The translations under genes were made by a program, and so were the position numbers. A DNA stretch of 64,000 nucleotides. It comes from Bigelowiella natans CCMP2755. Lineage: Eukaryota > Protista > Cercozoa. Below are positions 55,194 through 64,000 of this stretch, piece by piece; the stretch's first letter is position 1; the number at the start of each line of letters is the position of its first letter. Location: assembly GCA_000320545.1 (NCBI GenBank), contig ADNK01002664.1, positions 1 to 64,000 of the forward strand. The letters run 5' to 3'. The notes under the pieces were generated by a model. The model was not told where the DNA came from. It did not search any database and saw only the letters and a list, made by a program, of their open reading frames with translations.

Positions 55194-57190
55194 CGCTCTT
55201 GGTGAAGAATTCAACTCCACTGTCGAGTGACCTCCCCCTCCTTGATAGAATGCCCAATTGTTTCTTCAACAATGCCTGGAATGTGAGCACGGGTGTCCAC
55301 ACTTTCAGCGCAAAACACGCCCATTTCTCCTCCAATTTGCAAAAACGGCATGCAATTTGTTCATGCTAGCTCAAAACCGGGTTTCGGAAGATTTTCATTC
55401 TTGTCGTTGTTCAAATTTGACGTGCGTTTGGTTCGTTGCCACTCGTCAGCAAACCAGCAGTTCGGACACTCAACCACTTGTTTTGTTTCGTCCATTCGTT
55501 TGTTCATGCACCGTGGACTGATTGCATGGTTCACTTTGAACATCGCATCATTGCACATCCAACGTTGAATTGGTGTGGCACAATTGTTGGTCGGTGTGTG
55601 TGGTCACGATTGAACAAGCCGAACAAAAAACGCGAACGTTGCACCACTCTCAAACCACCGTGATGAAGCGTGGCCCACACGCAAGCACAACCGTGAAACT
55701 AGCCATCGACAGTGAGAGGTCATCGATCGTTGCAGGCACCACTGACTGAACTGCACCTTTGCACGAGTGATTGATTCGTCTCAACTTCGACGTCAGTTTG
55801 TGCTGCCAGCCTCTTGGACTCCAAGCAATTTGGCAATGTTGGAATGGCTGGCAGGCACTTGCTCGCACAAACATCGTCGAGTTGTGATGTGCAGGCACAC
55901 TGCAAGTTGTGGTGTGTGGGCATTCAGCACCATCCTGACTTGGGATGATTGACTTCCAATGCTAGAATGCGTGCTCCACAACTCCAGAACTGGGCAATTT
56001 GGCAATGCTGAGAACCTGGCTAACAATCCGAGTGACGGGCTGCAAACTGACGTTCAAAGTGACCTGTGGGCCTCTGAAAAAATGAAGAAAACAGAGGGGG
56101 GAGGAAAAAGAGCAGAAGAATGAGAAGTGTGGGAGTGCAGCGACTGACGAGGTGGCATGCTAGCTAGCTAGCACGGCCTGCGTGCAATGTGAGTGAACGA
56201 ATGAACAAGTGAAGTGATCACAAACGACGCGTCCGAAGGCGTGAACGAAGCTGATGAAAGAATTGGCTTCCATGATCCACATTGCTGTGTCCATTGTTTC
56301 CAGTGGTGCAGCTGAAAGGTAGCGGATACTTATTATAGACACGTAATACAACATATATATTATACATGTGTATTACTATGTCCATTATCAAAAGAACCAC
56401 CCGCCAGGCTGGCACCAGAGCAGGTGCCGTTGGGTCGACGTTCCAAGTTTCACTTGTTCGAGAAACAATTGGCAGGCCGCAAACATTGACGTTGTGCATT
56501 GCCAAATTGAACAGGGACGACATTGTGCACATCGATCACAGTTGTGTCGAACTTCATCTTCGCATTGTTGTTGCAAAACTGCACGCGTGTTGGCCGCTGG
56601 GGCGTCGTGTGGGAGACAACCGCACGACGTGCACGCAGTGCCACTAAGCGGTCCAATTGAACAAACTGCGCTCCTGCCGAGCTCCTGAGTGAATGAGGAA
56701 GCAAGTGAAGTGGCTCCAACGGTGCAGTGAAAACCAGCGAACACCAGAACATTGTGAACGTTGAACGTCAAATTTTTGATGCTGCAAAAATCACCTGTGC
56801 AAGAACCAGGTGGAAAACAAGCGTTGCGTGCAGCAGTGCTTGCTGGCAAAAGTGCTTCGTTTGTTCAAGGACTTGCACGTCTTGTCTGTGCTGATCGTGC
56901 CCGACTCAGGTTCATCGATTGCGCATGCACACTGCCTCTGCAGACATGGCTGGAGTGTGAAATCTCGACCTTGATGACGTGACGGAAGGTCCCATCACCT
57001 TGGAATCTGTGGCCAAACTCCTGACGAGTGGAAGGTTTGCGAACAATGAACAATGAGCAATGACGATGAACTGCACTTCCAAAACGTGACAAGACATTTG
57101 CAGTGAGCGAAACGCAGTGCTTCGAACCAACTTCAGTGAGGACCAACAAGTGAAACCAGAAGGAATCAAGAATGGCATTCCGGCCATTCC
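55194..57190. other. TpA-depleted domain B, interrupted by a TA-rich island at 56320-56387; contains exon/intron-like remnants
   Basis: 55194-56319: 8 TA (6 CTAG, 1 ATAG, 1 CTAA). 56388-57190: 1 TA (CTAA). Island: 16 TA in 68 bp. Confidence 0.95.
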
Positions 57191-57468
57191 TACATTCCTA
57201 GTTTCATTGGTTTCAGTACCTCATCTTTGCCAACTTCAGGACTGTGACTTCTCTTTGCTTTCTTCACCCCGAAATCCTCCCATCATGGCTTTCTCATTCT
57301 TGAGTTCACCACATGCGAATGTGAAGGTGTTCGCAAACCTTCAATGTCGCACGATAAACCCATGCTGAAATCAGTCTGCGACAATAAAGATTGGAAGAAA
57401 ATGTAAGTAAAATGGAGAAAAGGGTGTACTAGCACTACCGTAGTAGTAACACCTATCTAACTGCAACA

Positions 57469-57857
57469 ATGGTGCTTGAGTGCTCGTTACGCTGTGCAAG
57501 CTTGCTGATTGTCCTTCTAAGCGCGGCTGTTGTAACACTTGGCTCGGTCGAAAGGGGGGGAGTTTCCCTTCCTTCACCTCCTAAGCAGTGTGGAAACACC
57601 ACCACCTACTGTCCAGCAACCGCCACCTGCTGCACCCATGAGTAAGTGAGAGTTCATGCTTGCCTCAGAGGAGTTTTGTCTTTTTAATTGGCTGACGCCA
57701 ATGTGATAGCTTCTTCAATTGAAATAGGTACTCTCCCAGCGGCTTTGGTTGTGAGCTGTCATCGTTCCCCAGCACATGCTGTAAGCCAGGACCGAAGTTG
57801 AGTCCCAGTAATCAAAGCAAAAACTGCCTTGTCATTGGCGATTCTGTGTCAATCGGG

Positions 57858-57927
<70 letters not shown>

Positions 57928-58452
57928 GTAATTTTTATTTAGTATTGAAAGGCTTCTTTCTCACTTCGTCTCACTACGATTGATGTCTTGATGATTTTGT
58001 GCGAGAATTTGGCACATCTGTCACTGTTCTCCAGTGAACACACTTACAACAATTACAATAACAATGCTCTCAAGATGAAATGAAGTAATTGTACTTATGG
58101 TATGAAAAATGACATGCAGGTATACATATTTCACGACAAAAGCCTTATCTGAAGAATGTATCGTCCAACACGGCCCCTATGATGTGCAGGATGGTGGTGC
58201 TGAAGATACAGCGTATGGTAATGAATCAAAATTTTAAGCCAAACATCGATCGATCTATCTAATACTTTATGCTGAAGGTTTCTCTGCGTTCCACGTCCAT
58301 AAATATGTGCTGTACCATATTATGTGTCTGTTTGTCTGAATCTCTCTCTCTTTCTCTCTCTCTCTTTGTGTGTGTGTATCTCTCTCTCTTTGTGTGTGTG
58401 TGTGTATAAGAGGGGAATACAGAGCTGTGTGTGCCTATCGCTAAGATATACT

Positions 58453-58495
<43 letters not shown>

Positions 58496-59287
58496 GCATG
58501 CATGTATAGCAAAAGAGAAAGGGCGAGTGATAGAGAGGGAGAGAGAGATGCAGTAATTCACTCAAGTACACAAAAACGCATCAGGAGTCACCTGTCTTGA
58601 TAACTGGCTGGTGACGCAAGCGCAGCAGCCTGTCTCGTGGGATGTTATCACTTTCAACTTCGGACTTCATAATCTCAACCAGTCTGAGGAGGAAGAAGCT
58701 AAGTGCGTGTGTGCGTGTGTACGTGTGTGCGTGTGTGGGTGTGAGTGCAATATTCTCGTATAATTTTCTTTTCCAGCTATTGCGTGTTTATTTATTTTTT
58801 TGAATAACTTCTTCTCTTTCTTTACTCAAATGTAATTACACTTTCCCCCCCCCCCCCCCCCCCCCCTCTCGCTCCCCCCCTTTCTCTCCCTCTCTATCGT
58901 TTAAATTGTTTTGGTTTTTACCATTTTGCTCGTCCCTAATAATATTACTACTACTGCTACCATTTGTGTTTTGTCCCTTTTATCACTTTTATTGCTTGGG
59001 AAAAGCCATTAACGAGTGCATATAGTCGTAATTATCATCATCATCATCATCATCATCGTCATCATCGTGACTATAGTCCTCCTTATCATTAGGTACAGAT
59101 CACAACTATCGAATATCACAGCACGTCTGTCGGAGATTCGCTCAAAGCACAACACGCGCCTCTTGTACGAACAATTCTTAGTACGTATATTTCCTATACC
59201 AAGTTAAGTCAAGCCACTTAGCATGTAACTTGCGGTTGTCTATATTTAGATCTCTTCTCTCTCCCTCTCTCTTTCTCTCTCTCTAAG

Positions 59288-59327
<40 letters not shown>

Positions 59328-59895
59328 AGTAGGTACGTAACTACAACCCCATTTATGCCTGACGATCATTTTGGGCACCTCATTACCAACGATCTCAACG
59401 CCATCGCTAGGGATGTGGTTCATGGTCATGTAGACGAGGTCAAGGATGATTATGATGATGATGATGAATCATGATGCCAGCAGTAGCGACGATGACAACC
59501 AAACTCACTCATACACAACATACACAAATGAAGTAAATGTATGAATGAAATGAGCTGTGATCGAATGAGTCGATGGTTCAATCCTTGGAAAGATTTCAAC
59601 AAGACGAAAATAGAAAAATAATTTTGAAAATGCAATCTAATTAAGATGATCTAAAAGATTACACAAAACCAATGTGCAGATAGCCTTCTTGTTTTGAACC
59701 AATGAAGGAAAAACATTGCTGTGAAACTTTAATGTGCAGGTTGTCGATCTTCATCGCGTGGTTACGGACCACTGCGGACAGAATTACACTGATTGCGATT
59801 GGTGCCGGGTGCATCCATGCTACCTCCACTACAATGAAGATGGTGAAGCTGCCCAAGGCAAATTCGTGGCAGAAGCGATCCGAAGACATTTGTGA
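57469..59895 (+). CDS. Secreted SGNH/GDSL-type hydrolase with an N-terminal Cys-rich module
   Basis: Signal peptide MVLECSLRCASLLIVLLSAAVVTLG; CPATATCC..GC..CC; block I LVIGDSVSIGY; block III VITFNFGLHN; YVTTTP; C-terminal LHYNEDG. Confidence 0.88.
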
Positions 59896-60549
59896 CCGCA
59901 CAATGATGCAATGACTATCTGACACCAACGTCCATCTGTTGACAGTGAGCTGCTCGTCGCACGGACAGTGGTCGCATGTTGCGCCGCAAGGATGCACGAA
60001 CGATCGACCCGATCATGATGCATCTTTTGATCATTCAAGTGACAATTGAGCTGGTATGCAAGCGTGCCATGCATGCGTGCATGCACGTCACCATCATCCG
60101 CACGAAGTGCAACAATGATCAATGCTGGAATGCATCGCATGCGCGTGAGTGCCGCTGATGCCCCACCTGGCCAAGCGTCAACACGCATGCAAGCCTTGCA
60201 TGCATGTCACGGCGTGCACGGGCAAACGCAACGCAACGAGTCGATGTCTTTCCAGCAGGATGTGAAGCGATGAGCTTCGAAGTTGTGAATCCCTGTCACT
60301 TTGCATCCAAGCTAGTCAACGTGAGCACGTTTCACATCGATCCTCACTTTTCCGCACATCAGTTTCGAAAGTCCCGGCACGCATCTGAAGCTTCAGCAAC
60401 ACTCATGGTTTGTCGCACCATTCATTGACCAAGGTGATGATGAAGGAGAACAATGAACAATGAACAATGAACAATGAAGAAAGCGTTGATCAAAACTACA
60501 TGCGCCAGAACCACATGGGTTGAGAACAAACGGACGAATGAACGAACCA
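59832..60549. other. TpA-depleted domain C
   Basis: 718 bp with 4 TA (CTAT about 59916, GTAT about 60055, CTAG 60312, CTAC 60496). Confidence 0.92.
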
Positions 60550-60632
60550 TACGACAAAGACCGAAATTCTAATTTCAAATTTGAATTTTGTAAGAATTTT
60601 GAAATACATGTAATTCAAAGATAATATCAACG

Positions 60633-61910
60633 ATGGGCGCAGAGTGGATAGCCATCGCTACTTTGGTCTTCACAAACTGTCATGCTTACCAAGACTCATT
60701 GAAAAATCGCTTATCTATGGGCATGTCCTTAAATACTACGGCTAAAAATATCGTCGCAACTCCCAGTCTCAGGGTATGGGAAACTTAAACAAAGATGACG
60801 TTCCAATAATTTTTCAATGCATTTACATATTTTGCTGATTGATAGGCTACAGAGCTTGGCCCAACCAATGACAAGATTCCATTGATTTTTCTTCCGGGAT
60901 GGCTCTGCCAGGCTAAACCTAGTTTTTACGATTTTGCACAAGCAATTCTTAATGAAGGAGGGGGGGCAGAGCGACATATGTAAGCCTCCCACCAGCCCCT
61001 TGGAACTTTGCTCGAAAGAATTCCATATATTTTGTATTAAATATTTAAAATGAATAGGTATTTATTGGATCCTCCTGGGATTGGTCTGAATGCAGAATGT
61101 GCACATTTGGATGGCGAGCAATATAGCCTAAAGGCACAGGCAATGAGTGTTTTAAGATTCATCGAGGATCAGAATCTGTCCCAGGTTCCAAAATAAATGC
61201 ATCCTAGTTATAGTTATGAGTATATTATAAGTATCAAACTTATTCCGAAGATATGCACATATTCCCTACCTTCTTAGGCTATCCTCGTCGGTCATAGCTT
61301 CGGTACAATAGTTGCAACCAACGCATACGATATGCAACCCGATTCAAATCCAGTGAAAGGGGTTATTCTTCTAGACCCAAGCCCACCATTTAGTGGACTT
61401 ATCGAACAAGCGTCGAATTTGGTTCTTCAAGGTTCTTGCGAAGTAACTACGAAGAAAAATAGTAAAACCATCGGGTCATCATTTGGAGCAGGTTCGCTGA
61501 TCAGGACAGTGACGAAAGAATTTCCACAGGATGCACCAATCGAAAACGGGGAGGAAGTTGACATGACTGTGCAAGCAGATCATACAAAAATGAAAGTAGC
61601 TTGCGGAACTATCAAGAAAATGAACACATATGTATCTGTAGCGGAGATCAACAGGCTTTCGAAGAAGCTAACACCAGAGAATGCTGCCATTATCTACGGC
61701 CAGTCTCAACAGAGTTACGGAGTACATGAACTTGATCGTGGAGTGAGTGAAAACGATCAAGTAATCAAGGCGTCGTTCAGACGAGGCGAACATTTTATTC
61801 ATTTCCCCTACACCTGGAATGCTGGAGAGCAAAAAGGAGAATTAGGCGAACGTGATCGATGCGTAACCATTGTGAGGGTCTTCCTAGAAGAAAAATTTGA
61901 CGGAAAGTGA
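60633..61910 (+). CDS. Alpha/beta-hydrolase fold protein
   Basis: PLIFLPGWLC oxyanion region, YLLDPPGIG, nucleophile elbow ILVGHSFGTIVA, VKGVILLDP, GEHFIH; start exon tentative. Confidence 0.85.
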
Positions 61911-62049
61911 GTGCCTGCAGAGACATTTTGCAAAAGTAAGTGAAACCATATGGCATGCCAATGATCTCTATTAAAGATATATTACTTTCATGCATGCATT
62001 TATTTGCTCAGACGGATGCAATGAAGTCATTAAATCTTTTCAATGGCCA

Positions 62050-63200
62050 TCCTAGTGTAGCTATGCAAAGCAGCGGCTATGGCGCTTATGTCGTATCTGT
62101 TTGTCTCTGCTGTTATGTGCTTCATGATTTGAAAGCACCCACATCCTCTCGTCTATGTCGCGCAGTTTGTGTTGTAGTTTCGTCTCGTTATTTCGATTCA
62201 TGATGGTATTCAATTGGTTTCGCAATCTGAGCTGTTGGTGTTCGTGTGCTACGTGTTACTTGCATAGCGCAACAACAATGTACGTGTGCATGATGGTCAT
62301 GTGCTGGCTACGCTACCTGCACTCCTGCACCACACCGCCATGAATCCACCACGCATCGCTGCCTGCTAGCAATGGTGCCGCAAAGTGTCAGCACAATCGT
62401 AGCTGAATCCAAACCTTTGTCATGCTGCATGTGGATCTAGGCATGCTAGCTATTATGTATGACATGATCAATCGAGTGCGCACACTAGTTTATAAGCTAG
62501 CTAGCACCACCAGAGCACATGCGCTAGCAGCGCATCGCATGTGTACACAACATGCGTCGTCTCATCGCCACTACATCGCGGCCGATCCGCGGGCGGAACT
62601 GTAGAACAGCCGCTGCGATGCGACGACAGCATGTGCAACTACGTTCGTGTGTACGTACGGCTAGACGGTGACAGCAAGCTAGCAAGACAAATGCCATTGA
62701 TCAATTGAATTTGATCAATGGTCATCCTTGTATGTGTAACCCATGCAATGCAGCGGCTACGCATAGCGCAAATGTTGAACTAGTGTGCGTGCATGTAGCG
62801 CATGTTGTAGTGAATAGCGACAGCGTGCCCGTCGTTTGCAAACAAACTGCAGAAAATGAGTGATCGATGCATAAGATCGAGCATGCATGCATACTATGGC
62901 TAGCTACTAGCTAGCTAGCTCTTGACAAGAGCTGGCTGCATATATCGCGATCAGTCGATCTTGCTAGCTTGTGGCGCATTGCACATGTAAGCAACAGATA
63001 CGACATGTGCCGCATATGTATACTAGCGACTGTGCATCGCACTGCGCATGCAACCAGCTACCAGCTATACTGCACGCTAGCTAGCTTTCTAGAGCTGTAA
63101 GCAGGCAGGTTCTAGCTGGTAAATGAACTTGCTGTGTGCAGCTCGCGGAGGCGCTAATATTAGAGTGCAATGTAGTGTTTTGTGTCATCACATCTAGTCT
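62050..63200. other. CTAG/TGCA/CATG-rich, alternating purine-pyrimidine tract between convergent genes (representative of seven)
   Basis: Dense GCTAGCTAGC, GCATGCATGC, GCGC and CGCG words; equivalent tracts at about 860-1500, 17290-17760, 23960-24600, 34010-34560, 45700-46860 and 52600-53200. Confidence 0.7.
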
Positions 63201-63545
63201 CTTCATATGAGTTTGATGTTGCACGCACGTACAAACATTAGGGGCAATGCAATCATCTAGTAATGGGAGAAAATTATGTGATGTGCATTAGTAGTAGAAG
63301 TAGTAGAACTTGATAAATGTGTAAAACTATCAAATGAATTTTAACAACAGTTTCAAAGCTTCCAGAGTCTTTTTTTCCGCCAAAGATGTTCCAGATTTCT
63401 CAAGCTATAGTCATTACCATGATCATTGAAATCATAGATTTTAGAAGTTGAATCTCTCTCTTCCAATTATACTCACCGTGTATCCACAAGCCGGATTTCC
63501 TTCTCGTCGTTATCACTTTCTCAAAACTATTGTATATCTTCATAA

Positions 63546-64000
63546 TTAACCAATAACGAGCATGGTATCGCTTTGGAAGGTATACTTAGGAACTTCCAAA
63601 TTGAGCGGCGCAGGGCCCTTACGAATTCGGCCCGAGATATCGTAGTGAGATCCATGGCAAGGGCAAAAGTAACCTCCAAATGCTCCTGCATTTGGAATTG
63701 GCACACAACCCAGATGCGTGCAAACTCCAAGGACCACCAACCACTCTGGCTTCTCAACTCTCACAGAATCCTCCTCAGGGTCACGAAGCTCCGAAATGTT
63801 CACTGCATTTGCTTCATCAATCTGTTCCTGCGATCGTCGTAGAACGAAAACAGGCTTTCCACGAAACTTGACGGTAACGTTGCGTCCAACCTCAATGCCC
63901 GACAGATCTACCTCAGTGTTGGAGAGAGCCAAGACATCAGCAGAAGCAGACAAAGAAGAAACGATTTTTATCACTGCAAGTCGTGCAGCAGACGCGTAAA
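63546..64000 (-). CDS. UQCRFS1: Mitochondrial cytochrome bc1 Rieske Fe-S subunit (5' end outside the window)
   Basis: [25 protein letters not shown] and CPCHGSHYD Rieske boxes, [15 protein letters not shown]. Confidence 0.98.
   Translation of the reverse strand, partial: YASAARLAVIKIVSSLSASADVLALSNTEVDLSGIEVGRNVTVKFRGKPVFVLRRSQEQIDEANAVNISELRDPEEDSVRVEKPEWLVVLGVCTHLGCVPIPNAGAFGGYFCPCHGSHYDISGRIRKGPAPLNLEVPKYTFQSDTMLVIG

Noticed and set aside
55258-57368. Dense cluster of overlapping Cys/His-rich ORFs on both strands (also 2847-3671 and 59659-60578)
   Set aside because: A by-product of TpA loss: TAA/TAG stops and Tyr codons are missing, so frames stay open. Not evidence of genes or of a recoded genetic code; the real genes use TAA, TAG and TGA stops normally
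1-64000. tRNA, rRNA, CRISPR arrays, transposase or reverse-transcriptase genes
   Set aside because: None recognisable by eye; small ncRNAs cannot be excluded without Infernal/tRNAscan

Overview
Gene-dense eukaryotic (protist) nuclear DNA with short spliceosomal introns full of microsatellites. The ORF track is mostly noise, so I rebuilt gene models by hand by joining exons at GT/GC-AG sites. About 16 genes are supported. They are an RS-rich 3' end, a frameshifted gene with a duplicated unknown domain, a large coiled-coil/zinc-finger protein, NBP35, SEC13, PHF5A, a HAD hydrolase, UBA3, an NAD-dependent epimerase/atypical SDR, a CRAL-TRIO/Sec14 protein, a GT8 glycosyltransferase, SEC6, a DHHC palmitoyltransferase, an SGNH hydrolase, an alpha/beta hydrolase and the mitochondrial Rieske protein. 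They alternate strands almost strictly. The most striking signal is non-coding: three sharply bounded domains (2889-3609, 55194-57190, 59832-60549) have almost no TpA. By eye there are 17 TA in about 3.37 kb, 11 of them inside CTAG and 16 in a CTA or TAG context, while CpG is retained. A 68-bp TA-rich, intron-like island survives inside one domain. A weaker version of the same composition (TGCA/CATG/CTAG-rich) marks all seven convergent 3'-3' intergenic regions. Together this suggests a targeted TpA->CpA/TpG mutagenic or base-modification system, a mirror image of fungal RIP. Also notable is a plant-type NBP35 (no C-terminal CxxC) with a signal-peptide leader ending in LRGG, which suggests targeting to the periplastid compartment of a complex-plastid alga such as a chlorarachniophyte (taxon is inferred). 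All counts and splice sites were done by eye.
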